From Psammoneis japonica (taxonomy: Eukaryota): a stretch of 64,000 nt of DNA. Made by a program: the position numbers and the translations under genes. Location of the stretch: positions 310,001 through 374,000 of the forward strand of contig QPGO01000039.1 in the NCBI GenBank assembly GCA_008632985.1, given 5' to 3'. Shown in pieces: positions 36,855 through 49,900 of the stretch (position 1 is the stretch's first letter; every line of letters begins with the position of its first letter). The notes below the pieces were generated by a model that saw only the letters and a list, made by a program, of their open reading frames with translations, did no database searches and was not told the origin of the DNA.

Positions 36855-38246
36855 ATGAGCTCACCATCAGCGCAAGAGGAACAGAACGTCGACGTTATTA
36901 TCGTGGGAGGAGGGCCGTGTGGTTTGACGCTCGCAAAGGGATTGTTAAATCAGGGATATTCGGTGAAAATCATTGAGAAAGATCCTGTGGATTTGAAATC
37001 ACACGACTGGTCCAAGGCATACTCGTTTCGTATCGATGTCCGAGGTCTCAACCTGCTCAAGTCGCTGGGTATTTACCAAGAATTAACAGAGTTGGGTGTC
37101 AAGTCCGAGGGATTCAAAGGCACAAAGTGGATGCCAGACGGTAGTTTTGATGTGTTGCCACCGAGAACTTTGGGAAGCGTGGCGTACTGGATCATACGGC
37201 CCAAATTCCTCAAGCTGTTGAGTTGTGCCATTCCCAGTGAGACCATAAGTCATGATGAAGTAGCCGATATTCGATTTGACGACGGCTCCGTGTCGGTCTC
37301 GACTTTAAATGGCAAGTCATATCGTTCCAAGTTTCTTTTTGGTTGCGACGGAATTCATAGTCACGTCCGGTCGACGCTTGAACGTTCTGTAGACCCCGAT
37401 TATAAAATCCACAAGATTGACTGTCCCTCTTCTGGATTTGCCTACAGAGCCACCTTGTATGATCCGCCAGACTCTCTAGACCCTGATGAGATCTACATGA
37501 TTATTGGAGAAACGGGTGACAAACTCACATTAATGCCCGTTGGCGGCGAGAGAGGAGTCGCGAGGCCCATTGCGGTTGCAAAACAATCTACGTTTCGAAT
37601 TTTTCAAATCAAGAATCCAGACGATCTTTACGATACTCTTGATAAGGAGTTTCCTCAACTTCAAGTGCGAGAACGACTGAGCGTTAAATCCGCTCAAGCT
37701 TGGTGTTGCAGTGAAGGGTCGACGTTTCCTCGCCCTCGATGGGCTGGCAAGGCGTGTGGCGTACACAAAGGGGTATTTGTGTGTCTCGTGGGAGACGCAC
37801 TGCATTGTGTGCCTCCGGATTTGGGACAAGGCGTCAATAGTGGGTTTGTAGATGTGCAAGTCATTCTTGATTTCATGAAAAATCGACAAGAACTCGCACT
37901 CTCCTCCTCCAACGTGGACGCCCTGAACAATGAGCTTGTCTCGGAGGCGCGTGCCTTGTGCCAAATTCTTCCAATCGGCATGCCGTATCAATACAACCAA
38001 CCCTTTTCGATTCACAAGGTGCTTTTCTTTGCTGATTTCATGGCGCGCTTTGCCCTCCATCGGCTCGTATCCAACACCTGGTTCCACGCGCCAGCCATTT
38101 TAGAAATCCAAGACGATCCACCCAAAAAGTACACTACGATTCTAAAACATCATTACCAGACGAGACGTCGCATGTTGGCACTCGTCGGATCGATAACGGT
38201 AGTAGCGATAGGAATCTGGAAGCGGTGTGGAGGACAATCTAGATAA
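36855..38246 (+). CDS. FAD-dependent monooxygenase (kynurenine 3-monooxygenase-like)
   Basis: DVIIVGGGPCGL, GCDGIHSHVR and LVGDALHCVPPDLGQGVNSG motifs; C-terminal TM; likely start MSSPSAQ. Confidence 0.9.
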   Translation: MSSPSAQEEQNVDVIIVGGGPCGLTLAKGLLNQGYSVKIIEKDPVDLKSHDWSKAYSFRIDVRGLNLLKSLGIYQELTELGVKSEGFKGTKWMPDGSFDVLPPRTLGSVAYWIIRPKFLKLLSCAIPSETISHDEVADIRFDDGSVSVSTLNGKSYRSKFLFGCDGIHSHVRSTLERSVDPDYKIHKIDCPSSGFAYRATLYDPPDSLDPDEIYMIIGETGDKLTLMPVGGERGVARPIAVAKQSTFRIFQIKNPDDLYDTLDKEFPQLQVRERLSVKSAQAWCCSEGSTFPRPRWAGKACGVHKGVFVCLVGDALHCVPPDLGQGVNSGFVDVQVILDFMKNRQELALSSSNVDALNNELVSEARALCQILPIGMPYQYNQPFSIHKVLFFADFMARFALHRLVSNTWFHAPAILEIQDDPPKKYTTILKHHYQTRRRMLALVGSITVVAIGIWKRCGGQSR

Positions 38247-38753
38247 ACGAAGTGGAGACTTAAGAGGCGGTCCGAGCACTCTTATAACTACGATACCGTC
38301 AGGTGTTAGGGTCTACCGAGTACTGTAGGTTGATTGAAGCAATTACTTCATCTTGGATCCAGATCCATTTGGAAAATCCCTCAAGCCACTGCGCCACCGG
38401 ATCCTAGCAGGCCCAACCATCACCGGCGGAAAAAAAGAAGGGCTCAATCGCATGGTGACTCTCTGCGTTGATTTCGTTCCTCAGACGTATAAGAGTAAGG
38501 GATTGGTTATTTGCCTCTGGGCCACGTTCATTATGATCTATTTCGCCTATTGTGAGTGTTATTGGGGGTGGGGGTTGTAATTCTTTTCAACAAACAAGTC
38601 TCTTCTGACAGCTGCTTTTCACACCTCAACTGAACGTAGACTGGCAGTTTCGTTTCGACTATGAGAATTTTCATTCATACGAGGCCCGCACCAATTCATT
38701 TCCAGTGTCGTAGTAAGGCTGCTTCGATTTCTATCTTTGAGGTCCCTTCATGA

Positions 38754-39662
38754 ATGCGACATGTGTCACCCTTCGCAACCTTGTTGCTGACTCGAACAAT
38801 ACCTGAGATTCTCAGTGTTTGTTGGTTGCTCTTCATGGGCATAGGAAGCATGGGGAATGGCGTAAGATCAAATAAGCCTTCCCGTTCTTTAATCGGCATT
38901 ATCGCAGTTGGTTGCTTCACCCATCTCCCGATGTTAGTCCTACCCCACCTGAACAGCGTACTGTTGGTGATGGGATCGGTGGTAGTTTTCTGAGCCAACG
39001 TCAATCGCTCTGGGTACAATAACCATGATCATCCACCTTTTTCACCTGGTTTCGTGAATACAGGAGTTGAAATTCTTTCCTACGCCGAGCAACGCACATG
39101 CGGAACCGCACCGCCGAGAAGGTATCATTAAAATGGGTGCCAATGCTTTGCACGTTGTCCAACACTTCAATGACGAAAGTGTCGTGGTCTCGTTCTTTGG
39201 TCAAGCGTTGATCACTTTCTGAAACAGAAGAAGATTGCGTTGGAGCCGGTGGGTTCCGTTGGACGTACAAGAAGTTTTTTTCAGGCGACCTTGCAGAGAA
39301 GAGGGCATTCTTGACGGACCCAGAACAGTGTAGAACTTGCCACAGTGGCTTTTAAACGCAGATGCAGATTCAGCACACAGCTTGTGTCCCGAACTGTCGT
39401 GTATGTCCTCAATTCTTTCCTTCTTCCGGCAGCAACAATCGCCACGGTGACGGCACTTACTGCTGCGCTTGTCCTTGCGATGTCGCCCGTTCCATGCCCA
39501 CACGTGAAGGCGTGGAAGTACTTTGGCAACCACATGGGCTCCAAGGATCTGTACGGTGGAGCCGACTACACCCCCTTTATTTACGGTGAGTGTGCATATT
39601 TTCATCACATGCCAACACCACAGCGTAGAGCAGTTGTCGAGGGCATCAAACGAGCAATCTGA
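38754..39662 (+). other. Possible fragmented or intron-containing membrane protein gene
   Basis: Two short ORFs with hydrophobic segments and normal TpA content; no family recognised. Confidence 0.3.
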
Positions 39663-39789
39663 TCGAAGCAAGTAGTGAGTAGTGAGAACTTCTGATCGAA
39701 GAGTGGTAGGAATGTTACGTAAACATAGCTAGAGAGAACAGAAGGTATGATCAGGCAGCATGATACTGATCTAAGAAGATGCTGAGAAA

Positions 39790-42250
39790 CTAATTTTCCA
39801 GCGGCATGAAGTCATAGAGCCTCACAACCCCCTCTCTAAGGGGATCTACAGCATTCTCTGACGAAGCACCGACAGCAAGACGCATTCCATCAGAAGAAAG
39901 AGAAAAGCTGACACCAAACCGTTCATTGAGCTTCTGTCCTCTGATTCTGTCACCTACTGGTTGCCAAGACGTTCCATTATTGTCATAGACACGAACATAT
40001 CCCCTCTCTCCATCCGCAAACCCATGAACTGGTTGCGACTCGTTTTCCATCTGCGGACAACCCCACTCCGTAAAGCCTGTCATTTGCTTTGTCGCCATCA
40101 ATAGCATCTCCAACTTGATACCATTCTTCTGTGCTATTATCAAATGAAAATACTCGCACCTGGCCACTATCAGGTCCTTGTCCATTACTGTACTTTGCCC
40201 CTGCTGCAAAAGTCATTCCGTCAGATGAAAGCGAAACTCCCCTCCCAAACCAATCATCTGCAGCCTCGCCATAAAGGGTATTGCCTAGCTGAGTCCAATT
40301 GTTGGTCTCAAACCGAAAGACTCGAACCTGTCCCTGACCACTGTCTTGACCCGTCGGCCCATCGTTTTCGTATGCGCCCACAGCAACAATAGTTCCGTCA
40401 GCTGAGAGCGACACAGCCCACCCGCTTCGATCACCAGCGCCCTCCCCATCTATATCATTACCCATCTTTTCCCATCGATTGACGTCATAGCGGTAAACGC
40501 GTACGTGACCACTGTTTTCAAGTGATGTGCCATCATTCTTGTGTGCACCTATCGCAACAATAGAACCATCTTGTGACAAGGCAAAGTCCCTGGCCGATTC
40601 GTCACGCTCTGCTTCGCCTGTGATTGGATCTCCCATTGGGGTCCACACCAAATCTTTTCCTGCAGTGAGTTCATACATGCGAAGCTGACCAACATTGGAT
40701 TGACGCCCTGCTTCGCCATCGTACCAGCTCGTGCCAATCGCTATGTGACTCCCATCCTTTGATAGTTTTCCTCTCGTCCATTCTTTAGGATTCCCAATGA
40801 TCCTTTGTCCGACCTGAGTAAAAGTGCCATTCCCATTGATATCGTACACGAGAACCATTCCAGAATCCTCTCCACCAGCATCATTCCGTCGTGCACTGAC
40901 CAAGAGACGTGTCCCTGTTCTGTCGAGGGAAACTCTCCCACCGAATAAATCACCGGGTGATGGGCCCTCCAGATCTAAACCGACCTGAACCCAATTATGA
41001 GTGTGATTGAAGATCGGCTCCGGCGTAGTAGGCTCGGTCGTCGTTGGCGCCAGCGTAGACGGCTCGGTGGTTGTTGGCTCGGGTGTAGGCTCCAGCGTAG
41101 ATGGGGCATGGGAAATATCACCCCCAGCGCGGGGGACCAAGACAACAGAAACCACAATGATTCCAATGACTATCAACAAAACAACCGCTAATACTGACCA
41201 AAGCTTCCACGTTTCGAAGCGGCCCTCCTTCTCGAGACTCCCTGGGTCGATTTGAAGGATTCATCTCCAAGTGGGATCTCCTGACTGCGCTCGGGATGAC
41301 ATGTAAACACCTTCCTTTGTCCACCTGTTCCGCTGTTGTCAGGGGGTAAATATCTTTCTTTGACCAAAGAGCCCTGCTCTCTTTACATGAAAGAGTTTTA
41401 CACCACATGTGGGACACAGTCCAATGTTGAGACGATCTCTCGCCAAGGCTGAGTCGATCTGGCGATTCTGTTCCGCTTCTTCATCGACTAGAACTGCATT
41501 CGGAACCGTGTAATTCGCCTGCGGCGGCAAAATATCTTCCGAAGGAGTAAATACGGTGTCCACATCATCATAACCCCCCACCAATTCGTTCAGCGCCAGG
41601 GAGGGGGTAATTTGATGGCTGAGCGGTATCTCCAGCTGGAGTTACCGCAGGAGAAGCGACGCTTGGGAAGAACTCAGTATCCATACTTTCCTTTCCATAC
41701 GAACCAAAAATTTGATCCGCACTCTTTTCATCAGAAGAGATGATACACTTGCGAGCTACGGCAGCTGCTGCATTGTCAGCTCTTGTTCTCGTGCACAGTA
41801 TAGTGCCATCTTCGTTGTGTTTAATATCATCATCCTTGTCAACTTCCTCAGAAAATTCCTGTGAAGAAGTTGCAGATGACGCCGCCTCGCTTTGACCTTC
41901 GTTGAATAAGTGAGGCAGCGCTGGAGGTCTCGAGTCTTCCTCGCTATCTTCCGGGTAGTTACAGTGTCGATGAGGTCGAGAGGTAACAACAGGAGTCAGG
42001 ATCACCATCTTCCTTTCGGCGTCGGTATTCATATCCGCGGCACAGCGGCGGAAGCAACAGGACGACGACGAGGAGGAGACGGAGGAGGAAAAGAATCACC
42101 CGTTGTTCGAGCCGCGAACGTACGAGGTGCGCGAATGGAAGCGATGCTGCTCGACGTCGTAGTTCCCGCCAAATTGGGCTGCTGCACCGGAAGCTTTTGC
42201 TCGACACAGCGTTGATCGTCGTCATCGCCATTCCCAGAGTTCTTCGTCAT
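39790..42250 (-). CDS. Single-pass membrane protein with PT-rich stalk and FG-GAP-like beta-propeller; exon structure uncertain, several frame breaks
   Basis: ORFs 42029-42250, 41568-42032, 41339-41584, 39983-41179 and 39790-40209. Repeated WxQxGxDIDGE...GWAVSLSADGTIVAVGA...GQVRVF blades. Confidence 0.8.
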
Positions 42251-43670
42251 CCTTGGTTTGTTTGGTGGCTAGGTTATTTCAAATTAATGAGATGATTGTT
42301 GTTGTGTTTTGTGTTGTGTGCTTGACGCGCCGTGGCCGTGGGTCGTGGGGCAATGGGTAAAACGCGATCGCAAAGTTTGCCGCAGTTTTTCAATCGTGTT
42401 TTCCGCATCTCAAAAACACGGATTTTTTTCATGCTCGGCTGGCTTGGCCAATCAGATTTCGTGACAAAGTCCCGTTTCATCATCATTGCATCATCATTGG
42501 CGCAGTCCACAACTCGCCAGCATTGCCATCCATTGCATCTCCTCTGCAGATTGTGCACTCAGAAGCGCACAGGCATTTCCACCCAATGCAGCTCTTTCAT
42601 GTGCAGAAGCGACCCTTGCAGCACTTTGCAAGTTGACTGAGGAAGATGGTGTGCTTCAGCTGCTGCTGGCTGACAATTGCAAAGAGGGAGCTGCAATTGG
42701 GTGCAGCATTTGCAGGGACCAGGTGTCACAACAGCGAGGGCTGTGGATGCACGCTGTCACAGTGTGATGTGCAAATGTGCGTGTTTCTTTGAGGACATGT
42801 CCTCACTCCAAGGCTCCCCTGCAAAACTCCAGCTGCTCAAGTGTGAGTGGGTGCAAGCAACTTGAAAGCTGTTTTGACTGTTTCCAAGAGCAATTTGGCA
42901 GCACTTTGGTGGCACTCCATGCACGCCACTTGTTCTTGTGCAGAATTGCACATGAAAAAATGTCGTGGAAAATGAGAGCAGCAAAGAGGCAGTGCAAGCA
43001 GGTCAGCCAACAATGATGAGAGCAGTCGAGAGATGCAATGGCAAGTGGTGGTGCAAAGTTGTTGCAAAGGGCAAAAAAGATGCACGCCAGTTGGCAAACA
43101 TCTTGCAACAATGAAAAGTGGTGCAAACCAGCAGGGGGTTGAAAGTTGCACACTCACAACAAAAACCAAGGTGTTGCCCTGCTCTGCACTGAATGGCGCA
43201 AGCAAGGATGACAGCACACTTCACAAGTGCAATGTGGCGCATCGCACACACATGCACACGTGCATGCTGTGTGAGAACAACTTGGGATGCAGATCTGGAA
43301 ATGTGAAGGGAAGACATTGCACCGCTCCTCTGGGCACTTGGAGGGGCCTCATTTCCCTTGGTTCACACAGCAGCATGGGCAAATTGAGGTGGCAATTGAC
43401 TGCAGCTTGAGTGTGACAACAAATGCTTTTTCTCTTGCATCCACAGAAGCAGTGACACAAGAACATGTGCAACATTTCCAGTCTCTTGCTCCAATCTGAG
43501 GATGAGCATCTGTGAAAAATTTTGCAAGACCCAGGTTGAACACCCAACCACCCTCCCCACATGAGTGCCACACAGCAGTGCAGCCACACCCAACAACCGC
43601 CAGCTCGTTTGCACTTTCATCAACAGACAGTTGTCAATTTTCACACATCATGTGCCTGCACAGTGCGCTG

Positions 43671-44017
43671 TTTGCTGATTTCATGGAGGGCTTTGCCCTC
43701 TGTCATGTTGCACCCAACACTCAGTTCCACACACCAGCAATTGTTGAAATCCAAGACAATCCTCCCAAAGAGCACACACTGCAAGATTCTAAAACACCAT
43801 GATCAGATGAGTTGTTGTGTGTTCTTGGCACTCAGAGTTAAAGCTTGAGGGGCTGTCTGAGCCGGCATTCAACAGACCAAGAGCATTCAAAATCAGTCAT
43901 TTGCCAGACTTGTGTCCAGCACAGTGCCTTGAGGTGTCACAAGTGATGCAAGTCAAAAGGCAAAAAAAAAGCTTCATCTTGCATCCAGATCCATTCAGAA
44001 AATCTCCCTCAAGCCAC
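43671..44017 (+). pseudogene. Mutated duplicate of the 3' end and 3' flank of the monooxygenase gene
   Basis: 43671-43833 aligns with 38028-38183, and 43972-44017 aligns with 38346-38390. Confidence 0.85.
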
Positions 44018-44789
44018 AGTGACCTGTGATGCCACATCTCGGAATGCCAAGATCCATCAGTGGCGTGCCTTTTTTGTGGACTGGAGCTTCATCATTGAGA
44101 TCAAAGCCATCAAGCAGTGACTTGAAACTGCAACACTGGATCCCAGAACATGGAAACACGTCAGTGCCAGCATTCAAAACCCGAGAAATTGAGTTGGACA
44201 CACTTTTTTGTGGACCGGAGTCATGTGTGTCATGTTGGTTTTCTCATCTTCCAATGCGATTCATCACAAAGATCAAAACCAAGAAGCAGTGACTTGAAGC
44301 ACATGTGACCCAGCATCAATTCTGCCAAAATGGGACGCAAGCTTAAAATTTTGTCATGCATGGGAAATGGCGCAAAAAAGGTTGTCATTTTCGAGAATCC
44401 ATGATTTGCATGAAGACGCGTCGTCAAGGTGCGTGGGACGGCTCTGTTTGCAAACAAGATGCATTGGGTCCATGACAGAGGTGTGCCAACCTTGGCACCA
44501 CGAGCGAAAAAAGAAGATGATGTGCCGCGGCACAGGCAAATCCCATCTGGCTGCATGCTTGTGATGCATCCATGTTCCATTTCCTGTTGCATGTCGAAAA
44601 GTGTGAAGGGTTCACAAAGAAAAGCAACTGGACTGCAAGATGCTGATGAAGGACAAATTGGTTGACTCGAGCAACGATTGAATTCATCTTCGAACATGAT
44701 GTTGCGGTTTTTCTACGGCATCAATCGGATCCTGGATGGTGCTTGAGAGTGCAGCTGCATGTGCCCCAGTTCAAATCAAAGAATGTTTT

Positions 44790-45640
44790 AAAGCCTGCTT
44801 GCAAGAAGGATGAAATCGCATCCCTCAAGTCCGATCTCCCCATCTGTGTTTTGAGCAACGATGCACAGCTCCTTGTCATGCGCAGCAGCTCGAGAATCAC
44901 GAACACTGAATTGCGAAACAGCGTCTTCGCAGCCATCCTTGTCTGTGTCTTCCATCTTCTGAAAGTCAGACAGTGGGGAGTTGTTCCCTGGTGTGCCAAA
45001 CCTCACTGTTTCCAAATCGATGGTCCTCACATCAAGCTCTTTACTGCCATGAATTGCAACGGTGAATCTTGCGTTTTTCCCGTGCCTGATGAAGTCAGTG
45101 GCATCCTCGGCTGAATGTCTGTCCTGACAGTGAGCTTTTCTCCTCAGTGTTTGTAGCACACTTGTGCCCCTTCATGATCAGGAACGTCATGGCATTGGCT
45201 TCCCGCATGGCAATGCGATCCCCATGTCCCAACATCACCATCTTGTTAAAGCCAGAAAAGCAACTTGCACAGGCCTTGTTGCGACTTCCTTTAACGTCTT
45301 GGCCAAGTTGCATCCATTCTGTTCCATTGCACTCGAACATTGTTGCACGCCCTCTTGTCGGCAATTAGAACATGCAACAGCAACCCGCTGTCCATCACTT
45401 GAAAGTGACAAAGCGGAAAAATGGCCGTGACATGGCAAACGTCGATCGAACAACGGTGAGCCGACCCTTGTCCACGTCGAATTGTTCCACTCAAAGACGC
45501 ACGCGCTTTTCCTCCCTCTTGCCCCAGACATGACAATGCGGCTTCCGTTTTGGGACAAAGCCATCCAATCTCCAATGTCGAAACAAGTGTCAAGCTTGAT
45601 CCACATCGATTCACGCAATTTGAGCTGACCCAACTTGTCT
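44790..45640 (-). pseudogene. Decayed FG-GAP-like propeller gene fragment with a C-terminal Dx(D/N)xDG-containing domain
   Basis: MALSQNGSRIV, ACVFEWNNSTWTRVG, LSLSSDGQRVAVA, FECNGTEWMQLGQDV, VAIHGSKELDVRTIDLETVRFG...DTDKDGCED; frameshifted. Confidence 0.75.
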
Positions 45641-45649
45641 GTCAGCCAT

Positions 45650-46260
45650 TTCTTCCGGGACAATCCTGCCATGGCCAAGACCTTTCCACCATCTTGACAA
45701 CACTTGTGAACCAACTGCAGCAATCCTGGAGTGTCTCTCCCTCATCTTGCTGAATGAGCATCAGCTGCTTCCAAGCACTGACCGCTTGCACATGCGCGGA
45801 CCTTCTCATTTGCATCAAACAGCACCAACTTGAGGATGTCCAACAGTGCTGCCACATCCCACTCCTTCACAATCTTTGCGAACCCCGCCACTCCTTCAAG
45901 TTTGTGGTGAACAGCCTTGGCACACTGTCCCACAATGACATTGAATGCCTTCACCTTCTGCATCTCATAGACTGCATCTTGTTTCATGCAGTGATTGCAC
46001 TGCTTCCCCCAGATTGCCTTGTTCTTCTCTGATGCATTCTGCCCAGCTGGACACTCAGGCTCCACTGGTTTGTTCTCTTGCCTTGGCAACACCAATGCCT
46101 CCATCTCTGGCCCAAACACTCTGCCAATGCACTCGCCAATCTTCTTTGTGGTTTCTGTGCATCCATCTGTCTGTCGTCCTGACTTGGCAATGGTGTCATG
46201 CACCAACTCCTTCAATCTTTTGTGTTCCCGCACTCAGCTGCATCTGTGCCCATGGCTCAA
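45650..46260 (-). mobile_element. Copia-like gag N-terminal fragment (third family)
   Basis: TETTKKIGECIGR...KAFNVIVGQCAKAVHHKLE...DVAALLDILK. Confidence 0.7.
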
Positions 46261-46269
46261 CCAACTGAT

Positions 46270-46760
46270 CTCACTGACCAATCTCACCAGAGCAACACCA
46301 AACAATGCAACCTAAACCACACCTTCCTTCAGCAGGCATTGACTCTTGCAAATTTATGACCATCATGAGGAGCAGACACGCGGATGGGCATTTCTGTCGG
46401 ATGTCATCTGCATCTCTTGGCTCAAGTGTGTGCTCTTTCTTCTTGTGAATCAAGATCTTGTTTTGTGCATGAGAGTCAAGGCTTGCCATCAGACATGAAC
46501 AGAACATAAAATTGTCCTTGTTTAAGAGGCAGGCTCTCTCATGTTCCTCAATCTGCTCCACAGTGAGCTGCCTGCATGGTTCAATTATCCATGAGATGCT
46601 TTCTCTCACTGTTCTTCTGTTCCAGGTCAAGATTGACATCAAGGAACAATTCTTTTCTCAAGAAATCCATTCTTTGCCATGCGCTGTACAACACATTTTG
46701 CTGATTGTGGCATGAGCCGTCTCACAAGAACGGATGGACATGTTCAGAGCAAAGGCTTTT
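46270..46760 (-). mobile_element. Copia-like gag fragment (fourth family)
   Basis: QLTVEQIEEHERAC...DNFMFCSCLMASL...PSACLLLMMVI. Confidence 0.6.
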
Positions 46761-46999
46761 TACCACATCTTCCAGAACACCATCCATGTTTGTTTCCCCA
46801 ATTTTCTGTCAAGTCGATTTTGGGCAAAAAGCGTTCATTTGGCAGGCCAGAACGCTTCTTGTGTAAAGAATGCATGCGCGAAAGACTACATTGGCTGCCT
46901 GCCAGGAGAGCTGCTGAAGATTCGGTCTCCACCAACATCATCATTGTCACCAGTGCAATCTGCTCATTGTTCTGCAGCTCACCCGCCAAGAGGACCGAT

Positions 47000-49900
47000 T
47001 AGAAGTGCGCACCAAGTAAACGGTGGAAGGTGCGTTTCAAGACGTTTTCTCTAACTGGTCGCCGGGCCGCTAGCCGGCGGCAAAAGGGCGTGTGTTCATC
47101 ATTGACTTCTCTCCTGGAACGAACAGGCATCTACAGCAATCCTTCATTGGAGGAGCTGAAGGCTGCAACGGTGCACCAGGAGCTGCACAAGTCAACTCAA
47201 TGTACAAAAAAACATTGCTTTTTCTCCATGGTTGGATGAATTCTTTTGCCATCTTTTGTCTTTCCTGACTTCGTCTCGATTCCCGAAGAACAAGCGTCAT
47301 GATCCCGATCACCAAACAGCCGATTTGCAATCAGTCGGTAAAATGCTCCCACCCACTTTCGCTCTCTGGTGTCACAATGCGAGCAGAGTCTGTCTCGACA
47401 TTGGTGGTCGGGCTAAGCGGCGCTGCCGGCACAATCAACGATGAAGGGATTTCCTGTTGTCTGGCACGACGCTTGTGCAGCTGAAGGGCCACCTCATTCG
47501 AGTTGAGACTCATGTGATGGAGGCTTGCAAGCGGGTAAAACCTTGCACCCACATTCAATGTGTGAATGATTGCACGCTGCTTTGGCCATCAACCCCCAAG
47601 GGTCCGGAAGGGGTCGCCCTTCTTCCGAATCCAGACGCAATTTCAGCACACGTCCGAACTTCTCGGGGTCGCTCAGCAAATGTGGAAGACGTGCCCCGCG
47701 TTCCTCTCGGAATGCATTTGTCAATTCCTCATGCCACCACCAGACATCCCTCGGAGTGGTCTCGCTGTTGAGAGATTTCGCATCGGTTTCTCTGTCTTCG
47801 TTCACAGTGACCATGGTGGGAGCAGGCTGCTTCTGGTTTTGCTTGTTCTTGCCACTGCTTGCTTTTTCTTGCCTTTCTTCTTGTTTGTTTTCATTCCATT
47901 GTTTGCACCGTCGCACTTGTTGCCTGCATGATCAGAGATTGGGTGCCCCGCTTAGGAGCGAATGAGCCATCGCCTCGAAAAAGTGGCCAAGCACCTTGAG
48001 ACCATGCCAACCTCCTTCGGGTCGCAGGTGCCAGACTTGTCATTTTCCGCATTGTCAAATGAGACCAATCAAACTGGGACAAAACTGACCGACACATGTC
48101 GGCCACAGTTTTGTCCGTCCCCAAAGCGACAAGAACAATGACCTCGCAGGGAGTGTTTCCATCCCAGTCCTTGAGCTCTCGAGGGTCAAACATGGGATGA
48201 TGAGCATCTGAGGTTCGCCGTCAAAATAAACCCGGTGATTTGACTGGAGAGTTGGGAAGTTGTGAACATCATCCGCAGACAATTGTTCTTGTCTGAATTG
48301 CCCCCCATCATACGAAGAAGCCTCACTTGGTTTCTTTCGTCTCCTGCGAACCCTTCGATTCTCCCAGTGGCTCCTTCTGCCATGTGAACCCATCCGGACC
48401 ACCGATTTCGAATCAAGAAAGATGTGGCCTTCACAAGGTCGGTGTTGTTGTCAAAAATCCCTTTCTCTTTTCTTGAATTGGCTGTCACTCCCCAGGGTGT
48501 TCATCCAGGGGTCTTGAAGGACACCAGACGTTTTCTTCCCCGATGCCGTCTTGATGTTCTGATGAAAGGGGGGGGTCGTTTGTCGACAGATCCTGTCGAA
48601 TGATTCCATGAGTTTCGTCTGAACTGGAATTTGAGAGTGCAGGATCTGACAAAGGCACTTGGCATCTACAAAATGCTCGCCATTCATTCGAAGGTCCTTT
48701 TCAACAAGCTCTCTTGCATTGACAGCAACCCGTGAGCAAACGTCATGTTGGACGGAGACAAGGTTGCGGATTCTAGCTGCTTTGAAAGAGATCCAATCTT
48801 TCCGCAGTGTTTGCCTCATGGATTTCTCCATGGAAAGCTTCCTCTCCATCGTGTTGACTCGGTCTTGCGCCGTCTCTGTGTCCAACAATTTCTTTTGTTG
48901 TGTTTTTGTTGTTTTGGTCGCACTGTAAACTGCAATCGTCAATCGTGCGGTGTCTTGGCCTCGCCAATTTGACAAGGCGCCTGGACGTCACCGCAAACTG
49001 GGAAATTCCGCAGGGAGAAAATGGAGAATTCTCTACACATGAAAACATTGACATTTTGCACATGACACACAATGCCACGAATTGCTGAACAATTGCACGA
49101 TGCACGTGCCCGAAGGGAGATTGTTGCTTCGGGCACGAAATTCGAGCTTCGTGCACGTAGAGACCGTAGAAAACACACCAGCATTCGAGAATGTCCGATT
49201 TGTGTAGATCACGTGCATGTGGCACAGCACCACAGAGGTCATTGATGAAATTGCTGCAACGACTCATGCGACCACAATGAGATTTTCAATGCCATGTGCC
49301 ATGTAGAATGGACATCTGCACGAAGGAAGAATGTTGCTTCGGGCAACGACATTCGACCTTCGGGCACGTGCATTGCGCAATTGTTTTGCAATTTGTAGCA
49401 CACTGTGCGTGATCCTTGCTGTAGAGCCTTGTGACAAGCTAGTTCTGTGCATCCACGGGTGGGCAGTCACACAAAATGCACAAATGACTGCATGCCCGAA
49501 AACCGATTGGGCAACGGTCATTTTGGCGAGGAATGCCAGTGCATTTGTACAATTTGTGTAAAAATGTTCATGATGTACAGAGGGGCGCGCGGTTGTTGCA
49601 AACTCGGCCCATTTTTCACTCCAACGGTCAAAATGCTTTCTCAAGTCACGAAAATCATCAAACAAATTACATGGATCGAAAGTTCAGAATCAGAGCTAAA
49701 AATCGACACAGGTGTGTCATGTGCTGCCTGAGAGTCTTCATGCCTAAATGAAGCCACAAAAGCAGTGCGCGCGAAACCAAAAATCGAGCGAAACGCGATG
49801 ATGAGACGTCTCATCCCGGTTTGCGTGGGATTGTCATCGTTGCTCTAATTCGCATCTTGCTCAGATCATCCTCAGTGGACATGTGAACAACAGCAGCTTC

